From Chloroflexota bacterium (GTDB lineage Archaea > Iainarchaeota > Iainarchaeia > Iainarchaeales > GCA-2688035): DNA of 64,000 nucleotides. Location of the stretch: positions 13,869 to 77,868 of the forward strand of contig JAFCCG010000001.1 of the NCBI GenBank assembly GCA_017610335.1, read 5' to 3'. How positions within the stretch are numbered: the first letter of the stretch is position 1; the number at the start of each line of letters is the position of its first letter. A model generated the notes under the pieces. It was not told the DNA's origin, made no database searches, and was given only the letters and a program-made list of their open reading frames with translations. The translations under genes and the position numbers were made by a program. This document shows, one piece after another, positions 35,836 to 46,424 of the stretch.

Positions 35836-37962
35836 ATGCCTGGCATTGTATCTGACATTTCTAACAAAGTAAAGCATGTTGATAGAAAACAGCTTTTTCT
35901 GCTTTTTTTAATTTTCACACTTGCTTTTGGTATAAGAGGCCATCTTCTAAAGTATGATTATATGTTTGGTTTTGATTCTTATTACCATGCAAGAATGACT
36001 GGAGAGCTTTTGAAAACAGGTGTTGTTCCGACTGTTGATCCAACTGCTTATTATTTTAGGGAAGGCGGAGTTGCGCCTCCAAGAAATCAGTTCTTTTGGT
36101 ATTTTACTGCGGGAATTTATAGAGTTGCAACCCTGGATGCACCTTATGATAAGGACACGTGGATATTGTTTGTAAAAATTTTGCCAGCACTTTTTGGTGC
36201 CCTGACTGTTGTTGCAATGTTTTTCCTTGGAAAGGAAATTTACGGCAAATCAGCAGGTTATGTAATGGCTTTGGTTGCGGCAGTTGTTCCAAGTTTTGTT
36301 TACAGAACGTTAGCTGGATTTTTTGAAGAAGACAGTCTTGGATTTTTATGGCTTGTAATTGGATTGGTTTTCTTAGTAAGAGCTATCAAAGACCCGGTGT
36401 TTAACAAAAAGGGAATCATTAATGCAGCTCTTTCAGGAATTTTCTTTGGATTAATGGCAATAACCTGGGATATGTTCCTGTTAATTCCATTAGTATTTGG
36501 ACTTTACACTTTCTTTGGATTAGTAGGAGTTTACACAAAAAGCGGTTTCAAAAAATTGATTGAGTTTGTAAAACTTTATGTAATTTCGGTTGTTATTTTT
36601 GTTATTATAGCTACAATAAATTATGGAACAACATGGTATGGAGGCGCATGGAGTTATGCATCACAGTCTATTTCAAAAGCAGCAGGAGCTTTTGGTCTTC
36701 CTGAAGCAATGGCAATTCCACTTATTGCAATTGTAGCAGTGTTATTTTTAGCGTTTGTTGTTTATCTTGCATATTCAAACAAATCAACTGAGAAAAAAAA
36801 ATCTGGAGTAAAAACAATTAACATTATTGCAATGCTTTTGCTTTACATTGCAATTGTTTCACTGGTACTTACTTTTATGACAACTCCAAAATTGTTTGAG
36901 GAAACTTCGGTGCTTGGAATGACTGTTGGGGAAGAAAATACAGGTTATCAGTTTTTTGGAGTAAAATATAACGCATTAATTGTTTTCCCATGGCTTGCAA
37001 TGCTTTTGATTCCAATAATTTTTTACAGGGAGAAAAAAGGGCATCTTAGCATAATACTTTTCTTTTGGATATTAATTACTTTTTTTATGGCATGGTACAA
37101 ACTCAAATTTACTTACACGTTGGGTTTGCCAATTGCGGCGGCAGCAGGAGTAATTACTGCAGAGATGTTTTATTATCTTAAAGGAAGAACAGAGCTTGAA
37201 CAAAAAATCATCGCACTTTGCCTTGGTTTTATGCTTTTGGTTGGAATTGCGTCTGCAACAATTTTTGTGCCGGACAAGATTCCGCATATTGCAAACCCTT
37301 ATCCTGATTGGAAAGGAACATTGGAATGGATGCAGGATCCTGCAAACACTCCCGAAGATGCAAAAATATTCAACTGGTGGGACGAAGGGCACTGGATTAG
37401 TTTTATTGGAGAAAGAGCTGTTTCGGCAGATAATAGGAACATGAGTTTTGAAGGAAATCGTGACTTTTCATTGTTTGTTATTGAAGACGACCTTAATGAG
37501 GCTTTAAGAATTGCAAGAGAATACGATTTTGATTATGTTATACTTGACAGCGACAGCTTTTTAAAAATCGGCTCTTATGGAAATTATGGATATAATACCA
37601 TGAATAGCAATGATCCACGTATAGTAAAATTCCTTATTGCACCGCATGCTGCAATGGTATGTCATAGTACAGATACGGAATACGTATGTGGATCAAACCG
37701 TATTCCAATAGCACAAATGGGAAGCATCCCTGCAAAGTGGACCACTGTTTCAAACCAGTTGTATGAAAATAGTGTTCCGTTATATATTTACAGAGCCGAA
37801 GACAATTCAGAATTGTATATTACAAATCCAGCAATAAACGAAAGCATGCTTTCAAGACTTTGGTTTCACGAAGATGAAGTAATGAAATACTTTGACGAAG
37901 TTTACAATTCATTAGGAATGCGAATATTCAAAGTCAACAAAGATGCTCTTTACACAAACTAA
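35836..37962 (+). CDS. aglB: Oligosaccharyltransferase AglB/STT3
   Basis: 13 or so TM helices, then WWDEGHW (a WWDYG variant) and DK-like motifs. Confidence 0.85.
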   Translation: MPGIVSDISNKVKHVDRKQLFLLFLIFTLAFGIRGHLLKYDYMFGFDSYYHARMTGELLKTGVVPTVDPTAYYFREGGVAPPRNQFFWYFTAGIYRVATLDAPYDKDTWILFVKILPALFGALTVVAMFFLGKEIYGKSAGYVMALVAAVVPSFVYRTLAGFFEEDSLGFLWLVIGLVFLVRAIKDPVFNKKGIINAALSGIFFGLMAITWDMFLLIPLVFGLYTFFGLVGVYTKSGFKKLIEFVKLYVISVVIFVIIATINYGTTWYGGAWSYASQSISKAAGAFGLPEAMAIPLIAIVAVLFLAFVVYLAYSNKSTEKKKSGVKTINIIAMLLLYIAIVSLVLTFMTTPKLFEETSVLGMTVGEENTGYQFFGVKYNALIVFPWLAMLLIPIIFYREKKGHLSIILFFWILITFFMAWYKLKFTYTLGLPIAAAAGVITAEMFYYLKGRTELEQKIIALCLGFMLLVGIASATIFVPDKIPHIANPYPDWKGTLEWMQDPANTPEDAKIFNWWDEGHWISFIGERAVSADNRNMSFEGNRDFSLFVIEDDLNEALRIAREYDFDYVILDSDSFLKIGSYGNYGYNTMNSNDPRIVKFLIAPHAAMVCHSTDTEYVCGSNRIPIAQMGSIPAKWTTVSNQLYENSVPLYIYRAEDNSELYITNPAINESMLSRLWFHEDEVMKYFDEVYNSLGMRIFKVNKDALYTN

Positions 37963-38013
37963 TTGTTACAAAAATAAAATGGTTTCTTTTTAAATCCTTA
38001 AAGTTGATTAAAT

Positions 38014-39051
38014 ATGCCTATGCCTGCTGTTATTGCAACCTTACTTTTATGCTTTTTCTTTGCATTTGTCGTGACAAACAAATTTTTGCCATTTTTAATT
38101 GCAAGAATGAAAAAACGACACATTATCGGCACTGACATGAACAAATTTAACAAACCAAAAATTCCAGAAATGGGTGGAATATGTGTCTGGCTTGGCTTTA
38201 GTGCAGGAATTATTACAAGCATTTTTCTATTTTCATACCTTGAATGGATTGAAATAAACCTAACTTTTTTGCTTGCAGGACTAAGCACAATTTTAATGGT
38301 GGGTTTTTTGGGCGTAATAGACGACCTTATAGGATGGAGAAATGGCATAAGACAATGGCAACATGCACTCATACCTGCTTTTGCAGCATTACCACTTATG
38401 GCAATTGAAATAAGCAATCCTCCAATATCAATTCCATTTTTTGGCTTTGCCCCTGCAGAAATTGTAATACCTTTTATTGGAGTAGTAAGCTTTGGAATAA
38501 TTTACAGCCTTATTTTTGTTCCGATTGGAATTACAGGAGCAAGCAATGCAACAAACATGCTTGCAGGTTTAAACGGACTTGAAGCAGGTCTTGGAGCAAT
38601 AATTTCTGCAACAATGCTTGCAGTTGCACTAACACAGGAACAAATGGAAGCAGCAATTATTTCGATTGCAATGCTTGGAGCACTAATAGCATTCCTTCGC
38701 TTTAACTGGAACCCTGCAAAGGTCTTTGGAGGCGACTCACTTACTTTAATGATTGGAGCAAGCATTGCAACAGCTGCAATTCTTGGAGACATGGAAAAAA
38801 TAGGAATATTGCTTTTGTCAATATACTTTGTAGAACTTGTACTTAAAGCAAGATATAGAATGCAAAAACAGGGATTTGGAATTCCAACAAAATCAGGAAT
38901 TTTAAAAGCACCAAATTATACCGCAAGCGTAACACATGTTGTTATGAAAATGGGGCGCTTTACTGAAAAAAAAATTGTTGAAATAATTTTACTGGCACAA
39001 GCAGTGTTAAGCATAATAATATTTTCAGTTTCATACTTTAGACTTTTCTAG
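38014..39051 (+). CDS. Dolichyl-phosphate GlcNAc-1-phosphotransferase (GPT/Alg7/AglH family)
   Basis: MraY/WecA/GPT motif NATNMLAGLNGLEAG, and KPKIPEMGG. Confidence 0.8.
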   Translation: MPMPAVIATLLLCFFFAFVVTNKFLPFLIARMKKRHIIGTDMNKFNKPKIPEMGGICVWLGFSAGIITSIFLFSYLEWIEINLTFLLAGLSTILMVGFLGVIDDLIGWRNGIRQWQHALIPAFAALPLMAIEISNPPISIPFFGFAPAEIVIPFIGVVSFGIIYSLIFVPIGITGASNATNMLAGLNGLEAGLGAIISATMLAVALTQEQMEAAIISIAMLGALIAFLRFNWNPAKVFGGDSLTLMIGASIATAAILGDMEKIGILLLSIYFVELVLKARYRMQKQGFGIPTKSGILKAPNYTASVTHVVMKMGRFTEKKIVEIILLAQAVLSIIIFSVSYFRLF

Positions 39052-39059
39052 GTGTTTTA

Positions 39060-39512
39060 ATGCAGGAAAAAATCTGTCTCGCCTGCAGTGCAGGAGGACA
39101 TTTGACCGAGCTGTTACAGCTTGAAAAAGCATGGCAAGGCAAATCACATTATTTTGTATCCGACAAAAGGCTTAATGCAATTGATTTGGCAAAAAAAGAA
39201 AAAGTATTTTTTGTTTCATGCCCGAGAAGAAATCCAATCAATCTTACCATCAACTTTGTGCAATCATTATGGCTTTTTCTTTGGCAAAGACCCTCAGTTG
39301 TAATAAGCACAGGAGCAGACACTGCAATTCCAACCTGTCTTATTGCAAAATTCTTCGGAAAAAAAATTATATTTATTGAATCCTTTTGCAGAATAAAAGA
39401 ACCAAGCCTAAGCGGAAAAATAATGTACAAAAAAGCAAACCTGTTTCTTGCACAATGGCCTGAGAACAAAAAGTTTTTTCCAAAAGCAGAATACGCAGGA
39501 AGTGTGTTTTGA
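39060..39512 (+). CDS. Alg14-like glycosyltransferase membrane/anchor subunit
   Basis: CSAGGHLTELLQL (GGHTxE motif) and VVISTGADTAIP. Confidence 0.65.
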   Translation: MQEKICLACSAGGHLTELLQLEKAWQGKSHYFVSDKRLNAIDLAKKEKVFFVSCPRRNPINLTINFVQSLWLFLWQRPSVVISTGADTAIPTCLIAKFFGKKIIFIESFCRIKEPSLSGKIMYKKANLFLAQWPENKKFFPKAEYAGSVF

Positions 39513-40003
39513 TGCCGGACGCGAAAAAAATATTTGTTAGTGTTGGAACACATCCACAGGCCTTTGACCGCTTGCTAAAAGAGCTTGACAGCATTGCTGC
39601 AAAGCACCCGGAATTTGAAATTTTTGCACAAGCAGGTAATTCAAAGTATAAACCAAAAAAATTTGCTTTTGAAAAATTCCTCAAAGGAAAACAATTTGAT
39701 GAAAGAATGCAATGGGCAGACATTGTGTTAAGCCATGGTGGAGCAGGAACAATAATAAACGCATTGTTAAACAAAAAACCATTGATTGTATTACCTCGTT
39801 TGAAAAAATTTGGAGAACACACAAACGACCACCAGCTTGACCTTGCAAATGCGCTTGAAAGAGAACGCAAGGTAATAGCAGTTTTTGATATGAATGAATT
39901 GGAAGAAAAGATTTTGAAAGCAATTTCATTTAAACCAAATCTTTCATCAGACAAAGAAAGGTTGATAAAAAGAATTTCTCTTTTTTTAAAGGAATCAAAA
40001 TGA
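39509..40003 (+). CDS. Alg13-like (GT28 C-terminal) glycosyltransferase catalytic subunit
   Basis: IFVSVGTH...DIVLSHGGAGTI...EHTNDHQLDLANAL. ATG overlaps the Alg14-like stop. Confidence 0.65.
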   Translation: MMPDAKKIFVSVGTHPQAFDRLLKELDSIAAKHPEFEIFAQAGNSKYKPKKFAFEKFLKGKQFDERMQWADIVLSHGGAGTIINALLNKKPLIVLPRLKKFGEHTNDHQLDLANALERERKVIAVFDMNELEEKILKAISFKPNLSSDKERLIKRISLFLKESK

Positions 40004-40878
40004 CATCAAAGAAACAACCGACTTCAAAGAAACCATTAGTTAGCATAATGCTACTTAACATGAATGGCGAAAAGCTAACCTCTGATTGTATTAAATCAAT
40101 TCAAAAAAACACAAACTACGCAAATTATGAAATTATTGTTATTGATAATGGAAGCACTGACGGAAGCGTTAAGATGTTAAAAGAAATGAAACACAAGAAA
40201 ATTGTAACAAAACTTGTTTTAAACAAAAAAAATGTCGGCTACAGCAATGGAGTAAACCAGGGATTTAAGGAAAGCAGGGGAAAATATATTTATCACCTGG
40301 ATAATGATACACTTGTTGAAAAAAAATGGCTTTCAAAAGCTGTTGAAGTAGCTGAAGCCATTGAAAATCCAGGAGCGGTTGGAAGTTTGCTTGTTGACAA
40401 AGTAAATTATGGCAAAGGACTTAAAGGAAAGGAAATTGTGAGCGAAAAGCTTGCGGTTTGCGGTGCAGCAATGATATATTCAAAAACTGCATTGAAAAAG
40501 GTTGGAAACCTTGATGCAAAACTCTGGTCTCCAATCTATGGAGAAGAACAAGATTGGTGTTACAGAGCAAGAAACGCTGGCTTTAAAGTTGTTGAAACAA
40601 ATGCAAGCAGAGTATACCATATTGGAGGACAGGATACAACTAAAAGCATTAAAACAATGGCAAGATATAAACTGCTTGAAAGGAACAGGATTAGGGCAAT
40701 GCTTTACAATTTAACCCTTGCCGATATGGCAAAACATATACCAGGAATCGGATTGATTTTTGTAAACAGTTTTGGACAGGGAACAACAATACAATTGCTT
40801 GAAACCTACGCAGAAAACATTGCAAACTTTCCTGAAGTTTTAAAGCAAAGGAAAAAAAGAAAAGCAAAACTGTTCTAA
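40000..40878 (+). CDS. GT2 glycosyltransferase
   Basis: VSIMLLNMNG...YEIIVIDNGSTDGS...DNDTLV. Confidence 0.75.
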   Translation: MTSKKQPTSKKPLVSIMLLNMNGEKLTSDCIKSIQKNTNYANYEIIVIDNGSTDGSVKMLKEMKHKKIVTKLVLNKKNVGYSNGVNQGFKESRGKYIYHLDNDTLVEKKWLSKAVEVAEAIENPGAVGSLLVDKVNYGKGLKGKEIVSEKLAVCGAAMIYSKTALKKVGNLDAKLWSPIYGEEQDWCYRARNAGFKVVETNASRVYHIGGQDTTKSIKTMARYKLLERNRIRAMLYNLTLADMAKHIPGIGLIFVNSFGQGTTIQLLETYAENIANFPEVLKQRKKRKAKLF

Positions 40879-40947
40879 ATAAAAGAACAGGAAGGAAAAA
40901 AATAAAGAAAAGGAAAAGAATAAAAAAATTAAAAAAAATGTGATAAT

Positions 40948-41328
40948 ATGTCGTTAAAAGAAGCTGCAGCAAAATTATTTGATTTGATAAATCCAATTGT
41001 TAAAACATCTAAAAATGCTGTAAAAGAATTTGACAAAGAAATTGCACTTGTATTTATTGACGGCGACCATTCTTACAAGCATGCAAAGCAGGATTTTGAA
41101 TTATGGTTTCCAAAAGTCAGAGCGCATGGCATTATGGCTTTTCATGACACAATGCTTGTGGACGGACCAAAAAAGGTTGAAAAAAACAGCGTGAGGGAAA
41201 GGATTGCAAACAGGCGTGTTTTGCTTCTTAAGAATTTTTTTACAACCGTAAGTAAGGCAAATATCAGGTTTGGAATGCCAAAGCAAGTCAAGGCTGTTGG
41301 AAAAAAATTCATTAAAAAAATGCAATGA
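40948..41328 (+). CDS. Truncated Methyltransf_24/TylF-like O-methyltransferase fragment
   Basis: Has only the C-terminal LVFIDGDHSYKHAKQDFELWFPKVRAHGIMAFHDT block. The SAM-binding N-terminal half is absent. Confidence 0.35.
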   Translation: MSLKEAAAKLFDLINPIVKTSKNAVKEFDKEIALVFIDGDHSYKHAKQDFELWFPKVRAHGIMAFHDTMLVDGPKKVEKNSVRERIANRRVLLLKNFFTTVSKANIRFGMPKQVKAVGKKFIKKMQ

Positions 41329-41412
41329 CAATTTAATCAATGCACCAAAATGGTATTTAAGATGAATTTTCCAATAGATTGATAGTAATTGAATAAAATA
41401 ATTGGTGAATTG

Positions 41413-42438
41413 ATGGAAAAAATTGTTATTACAGGAGGCGCAGGATTTATTGGCTGCAATCTTGCAGATAAGTTTGCAAAAAGCTGCAAAAAAGTGGTTT
41501 TGCTGGATAATTTTTCAAGACGTGGATGTAAAGAAAATGTTGAATGGCTTAAACAAAGGAATGAAAACATAGAAGTTATTAAAGCCGACATTGTAAAAAA
41601 TCAAAAACAGCTTGAAGAAACTGTAAAAGGAAGCAATGCAGTTTATCATTTTGCAGCACAGGTTGCTGTTACAACAAGTGTTAGCAAGCCAAGGAAAGAT
41701 TTTGAAGAAAATGCAATTGGAACATTTAATGTTCTTGAAGCAGTAAGAAAGAATGCTGATAATGCTGCCTTTTTTTACAGTAGTACAAACAAAGTTTACG
41801 GCGGAATGGAAGAAATAAAGGTTGTTGAAAGAAACAACAGGTATGAGTATGAAAAATTTGCAAAAGGAATTCCTGAAACAATGAATTTAGATTTTCACAG
41901 TCCTTATGGATGCAGTAAAGGATGTGCTGACCAGTATACTAGAGATTATGCAAGAATTTATGGAATGAACACAGTTGTATTTAGACAAAGCTGTATTTAT
42001 GGTCAAAGACAATTTGGAATAGAAGCTCAGGGATGGGTTGCATGGTTTACTATTGCATCAGCACTTGGGAAAAAGCTTACAATTTATGGAGACGGAAAGC
42101 AGGTAAGGGACGTGCTTCATATTGATGACCTTGCAGAAGCATATTGGATTGCTACAGAAAAAATTGGAAAGGCAAAAGGACAAATATTCAATATAGGAGG
42201 CGGCTCTAAAAATACAATGTCATTGCTTGAGTTACTTGCATATCTTGAAGAATTTTTTGTAAAAAAAATTGATATAAAATACAGTGACTGGCGTACAGGA
42301 GACCAGCCTGTTTATGTTTCAGACATTTCAAAAGCAGAAAGTGTTTTAGGATGGAGCCCAAAGATTGGAGTAAAGGATGGAGTACAAAAACTTTACAGGT
42401 GGGTTAAAGAAAATGAAAAAATGTTTGAGGACTTATAG
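41413..42438 (+). CDS. NAD-dependent sugar epimerase/dehydratase (extended SDR)
   Basis: ITGGAGFIGCNL, YxxxK context, CDP-paratose-epimerase-like. Confidence 0.8.
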   Translation: MEKIVITGGAGFIGCNLADKFAKSCKKVVLLDNFSRRGCKENVEWLKQRNENIEVIKADIVKNQKQLEETVKGSNAVYHFAAQVAVTTSVSKPRKDFEENAIGTFNVLEAVRKNADNAAFFYSSTNKVYGGMEEIKVVERNNRYEYEKFAKGIPETMNLDFHSPYGCSKGCADQYTRDYARIYGMNTVVFRQSCIYGQRQFGIEAQGWVAWFTIASALGKKLTIYGDGKQVRDVLHIDDLAEAYWIATEKIGKAKGQIFNIGGGSKNTMSLLELLAYLEEFFVKKIDIKYSDWRTGDQPVYVSDISKAESVLGWSPKIGVKDGVQKLYRWVKENEKMFEDL

Positions 42439-42446
42439 GTGATAAA

Positions 42447-43562
42447 ATGACAAAGGTTTTGGTAACAGGCGGAGCAGGATTTATCGGTTCGTTTATTGTT
42501 GACGAGCTTGTAGAAAAAGGCCATGAAGTAGTAATTTTGGATAATCTTGACAAACAAGTTCATCCAACAGGTGAAAAGCCAAAATGGCTTAATTCAAAAG
42601 CAGAATTTATAAAAGGCGACGTGAGGAACAAGGATGATGTAAGAAAGGCAATGGAAGGAATCGAAGTATTGTTCCACGAGGCCGCTGCTGTTGGCGTTGG
42701 CCAAAGCATGTATGAACTGAACTATTATGTTGATGTAAACACTAGAGGAACCGCAAATATTCTTGAATTTCTTGCAAATGAAGAGCACGATGTAAAAAAG
42801 ATGATGGTTGCTGCTTCAATGAGCGAATATGGAGAAGGACTTTACAAATGTGAAAAAGGTGGTTTGGTTGAACCATCTCTTAGGTCAGAAGCACAAATGA
42901 CAGAAGGAAAGTTTGAACAATTTTGCCCAAAATGCGGGCAGGAATTAAAGCCTATGCCGACACCTGAAACAAAGAAGTTGGACTGCAACAGTGTTTATGC
43001 TTTAACAAAAAAAGATCAGGAAGAGCTTGTGTTAATGATGGGCAAAGCTTATGGGATAAAAACTGTTACTTTGCGTTACTTTAATGTGTTTGGACCAAGG
43101 CAAAGCCTAAGCAATCCTTACACAGGTGTTGCAGCAATTTTTATGAGTAGAATAAAAAACAACAACGCACCTGTAATTTATGAAGATGGATTGCAAACAA
43201 GAGATTTTGTTTCAGTGCATGATATTGCAAAGGCAAATCTTCTTGCAATGGAAAGCAATTCCGCAAACTATGAAATTTTAAATGTTGGAAGTGGAAACCC
43301 TATTTCAATAAAAGGAATTGCCGAAACAATTGCAAAACTTTATGGTTCAGACCTAAAGCCTGAAATAACAAACAAATTCAGAAAAGGAGATGTAAGACAT
43401 TGCTTTGCTGACATTTCAAAAATTAAAAACAAGCTTGCTTTTGCTCCAAGTATTTCTTTTGAAGAAGGAATGAAAGAAATAATCGAATGGAGCCAAAACA
43501 TAAAGGCAGAAGATAAATTTGAACAGGCTGCAGAAGAATTAAAGAAAAAAGGCCTTATTTGA
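42447..43562 (+). CDS. NAD-dependent sugar epimerase/dehydratase with Cys4 insert
   Basis: VTGGAGFIGS...YALTK, plus inserted CEKG...CPKCGQ zinc-ribbon-like element. Confidence 0.8.
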   Translation: MTKVLVTGGAGFIGSFIVDELVEKGHEVVILDNLDKQVHPTGEKPKWLNSKAEFIKGDVRNKDDVRKAMEGIEVLFHEAAAVGVGQSMYELNYYVDVNTRGTANILEFLANEEHDVKKMMVAASMSEYGEGLYKCEKGGLVEPSLRSEAQMTEGKFEQFCPKCGQELKPMPTPETKKLDCNSVYALTKKDQEELVLMMGKAYGIKTVTLRYFNVFGPRQSLSNPYTGVAAIFMSRIKNNNAPVIYEDGLQTRDFVSVHDIAKANLLAMESNSANYEILNVGSGNPISIKGIAETIAKLYGSDLKPEITNKFRKGDVRHCFADISKIKNKLAFAPSISFEEGMKEIIEWSQNIKAEDKFEQAAEELKKKGLI

Positions 43563-43587
43563 AGCTGTAAATCGAAGCTGTACATTC

Positions 43588-44724
43588 ATGAAAATATTTT
43601 ACATTACAAGCGTTCTCGGAGATTCCGGTGGAAGCGAAATTTACACAAGGGATCTTATAAGAGAACTAATTAAAAGAGGCCATGAGATAATGGTCTGCAC
43701 ACCAAACCCTTACAAGGTAAAGAGTGCAAAAATGGTTTTTTTACCCAAAGCAGGACATCATGGCCTTTGGAAATTCGAAGCACCGCTTTCATACAAGAAA
43801 GCACTGAAAGCCGCAAGAGAATTTCAGCCAGATATTATTCAAAGCCATAGCAACAGCATGATGGGATTAATAGGCCACAAACTGAAAAAAAAACTTGATG
43901 TACCCCACATACTTCTTATAGAGCTTTTGAGTTCAAAAAATGCCAACATTCACACAAAACTCATTCATTCCACTGAAAAAATTTTTCTTCCAAGACTTAA
44001 TTATGACAGACTAATTGTCTGGACAGAACAAATGAAAGAAAAATTCCTTTTACCATGGGGAATTGAAAAAAACAGAATAGAAGTAATGCCTGCTGCAATA
44101 AATCTTGAAAATTACCCGCTTAATGCAAATGGGAAAGAGATAACAAAAAAATATGGAAAATGTTTAATCACTTCAATCAAAACTTTGTGGGGAACAAATG
44201 TCAAAGGACTTAAGCCAATTGTTAAAGCAATGAAAATCGTTGGAAAAAAGCACCCTGAATACAAGTATGTTATTTTTGGAGAGGGAACTGAAAGACTTGA
44301 GTTTGAAAAATTTATCAAAAAGCAGGATTTGGAAGAAAAAGTTATTGTTGCAGGACCAATAAAACCAACAGAGTGCAAAAAGGTTTGGGCTGCAACAGAA
44401 ATAGCACCGCATGGATTTGTTTACGAGTTTTCAACATCAATTTCCTTACTTGAATATATGGCAATGGGAAAAGCATGCGTAATAAACGACATAGGCAATG
44501 TCAAGCCATTTGTTGGAGATGCGGCATTAGTGGTAAAATCAAATACTGAAAAAGCAATGGCTGAAGGAATCATTAAACTTATAGAAAATCCAAAGTTGAG
44601 AAAAAGCCTTGAAAAAAAAGCAAGAAAAAGAGTTGAAGACCTTTATAGCATTAAGGCAAGCGCCAACATACTGGAAAGAATTTACAAAGAGGAACTGGCA
44701 AAAAAAACAGCGGAAACAAAATGA
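43588..44724 (+). CDS. GT4 (GT-B) glycosyltransferase
   Basis: N-terminal SGGSEIYTRDL and C-terminal E-x7-E-like region. Confidence 0.75.
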   Translation: MKIFYITSVLGDSGGSEIYTRDLIRELIKRGHEIMVCTPNPYKVKSAKMVFLPKAGHHGLWKFEAPLSYKKALKAAREFQPDIIQSHSNSMMGLIGHKLKKKLDVPHILLIELLSSKNANIHTKLIHSTEKIFLPRLNYDRLIVWTEQMKEKFLLPWGIEKNRIEVMPAAINLENYPLNANGKEITKKYGKCLITSIKTLWGTNVKGLKPIVKAMKIVGKKHPEYKYVIFGEGTERLEFEKFIKKQDLEEKVIVAGPIKPTECKKVWAATEIAPHGFVYEFSTSISLLEYMAMGKACVINDIGNVKPFVGDAALVVKSNTEKAMAEGIIKLIENPKLRKSLEKKARKRVEDLYSIKASANILERIYKEELAKKTAETK

Positions 44725-44734
44725 AGGCATTATT

Positions 44735-45625
44735 ATGACGTTTCAATTTCCAAAAGCAAGCATTGTAATTGCATCTTTTAACAACAGGGTTGTTCTTGAA
44801 AAGGTTTTGAATGCAATGCTCAAGCTTGATTATCCGAATGATTATGAAGTAATTGTAGTAGATGATGGAAGCAGGGACGGCACAATTAAAATGCTTCACA
44901 AAAGATTTGAAAAAAATAAAAAGATAAAGGTTATAAGATATGGAGACAATAAGGGTGTTTGCAATGCAAGAAATGAGGGCATTAAAGCAGCAAAATTTCC
45001 AATTGTTGTGAACATAGACCATGACTGCATTCCAAGCAAGGAATGGCTGAGCGATTTAATAAAAGGTTTTGAAGATTCAAAAGTCGGAGTTGTAAGCAGT
45101 TTTGGAAGCTTTGGCGGAACCTCGACAGCATTTAGAAAAGAGATTTTAGATAAGGTTGGAGGCTATGACAAGCGCTATTTTTATTACAGGGAAGACACTG
45201 ATTTAACTTTCAAAATAATGGATTTAGGCTGGCAATATAAAATTATAAAAGCAGATTATGTTCATGATCACAAAGAAGCTGCTCCAAAGGGAAAAAAGCA
45301 ATGGATGAAATATGTCTGGAAAAGACTGCATTACCACGAAAATGATGTACTACTTTACAAAAAGCATCCAAAGCTTGCAAGAAAATTTTTGAATGTAAAA
45401 CTTGGATTTATTGTAAGTCCAAAATCAGATTTTAACGTAGTTGTTAACAGATGGGCAGGAAGCAGCAAAAAGCTAAAACTTTGTTCGCCAAGAGGACTTA
45501 TTTTGATTGAAAACAAAAGCCCTTTGCATGCTCTTGCAATAATTTTTTGCGGTATGATTTACGTTTTTGCAATAAAGTTTTTCAGGTTAATTGGAAGCAT
45601 TAAATTCAGAAAGCTTCTCATTTAA
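44735..45625 (+). CDS. GT2 glycosyltransferase
   Basis: ASIVIASFNN...YEVIVVDDGSRDGT...DHDC. Internal ATG chosen because the upstream part overlaps the GT4 gene. Confidence 0.75.
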   Translation: MTFQFPKASIVIASFNNRVVLEKVLNAMLKLDYPNDYEVIVVDDGSRDGTIKMLHKRFEKNKKIKVIRYGDNKGVCNARNEGIKAAKFPIVVNIDHDCIPSKEWLSDLIKGFEDSKVGVVSSFGSFGGTSTAFRKEILDKVGGYDKRYFYYREDTDLTFKIMDLGWQYKIIKADYVHDHKEAAPKGKKQWMKYVWKRLHYHENDVLLYKKHPKLARKFLNVKLGFIVSPKSDFNVVVNRWAGSSKKLKLCSPRGLILIENKSPLHALAIIFCGMIYVFAIKFFRLIGSIKFRKLLI

Positions 45626-45689
45626 CGTTATCCTTATTAAGAGTTTTTGATTCAAAACAAGAGTAATAATCAAGTAAAGCGTGTTTTTA

Positions 45690-46424
45690 ATGAAAAGAAA
45701 TTATTCTGTTTCAATTGTTTTTCCAGCATACAATGAAGAAGAAATTATTGAAAAAACTGTCGAAATTACGTTTAAGGCTGTAAAAAAAATGGGTTTAAAA
45801 AAATTTGAAATAATAGTGGTTGACGACGGCAGCAGAGACAAAACACCAAAAATACTCAGCGAACTTGTAAAAAAACACAAGGAACTTTTAAAAGTAATAA
45901 CTCATAAAAAAAATCTCTGTTATGCCAAAGCACTTAAAACAGGATTTAAAGCTGCAAAATACCCGCTTGTTTTTTACACAGATGCAGATTTGCAATTTGA
46001 CATAAGTGAGCTTCCACTATTACTTGACAAAGCAAAAGATTTTAACATTGTAGTAGGTTATCGTGCAAAAAGACATGATGCTCCACACAGACTGCTTGTA
46101 TCATGGGCTTATAACAGATTTGTAAATATGCTATTTAGTCTAAATCTTAAAGACATTGACTGCGCATTTAAACTTTTCAGCAAAAAAACTCTTAACGAAA
46201 TAGAAATTGAATCAACTGGATTCATTGTTGATCTTGAAATTCTTGCAAAAGCAAAAAAGAAAGGTTTTTTGATTGGAGAAGTGCCAGTAAGCCATTTTAA
46301 AAGACCTTTAGGAAGCTCAAAGGCTACATCAAAACTTGTTTTTGAAACAATTAGTGACATTGCATGGCTTAAAAACAAGCTTAGGAAAAAAAACAAAAAA
46401 CAATCAACGGAGAATCAAAAATGA
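45690..46424 (+). CDS. Dpm1-like GT2 (polyprenyl-phosphate sugar synthase)
   Basis: VSIVFPAYNEEEII...EIIVVDDGSRDKT...TDADLQ...VVGYRAKR. Confidence 0.7.
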   Translation: MKRNYSVSIVFPAYNEEEIIEKTVEITFKAVKKMGLKKFEIIVVDDGSRDKTPKILSELVKKHKELLKVITHKKNLCYAKALKTGFKAAKYPLVFYTDADLQFDISELPLLLDKAKDFNIVVGYRAKRHDAPHRLLVSWAYNRFVNMLFSLNLKDIDCAFKLFSKKTLNEIEIESTGFIVDLEILAKAKKKGFLIGEVPVSHFKRPLGSSKATSKLVFETISDIAWLKNKLRKKNKKQSTENQK

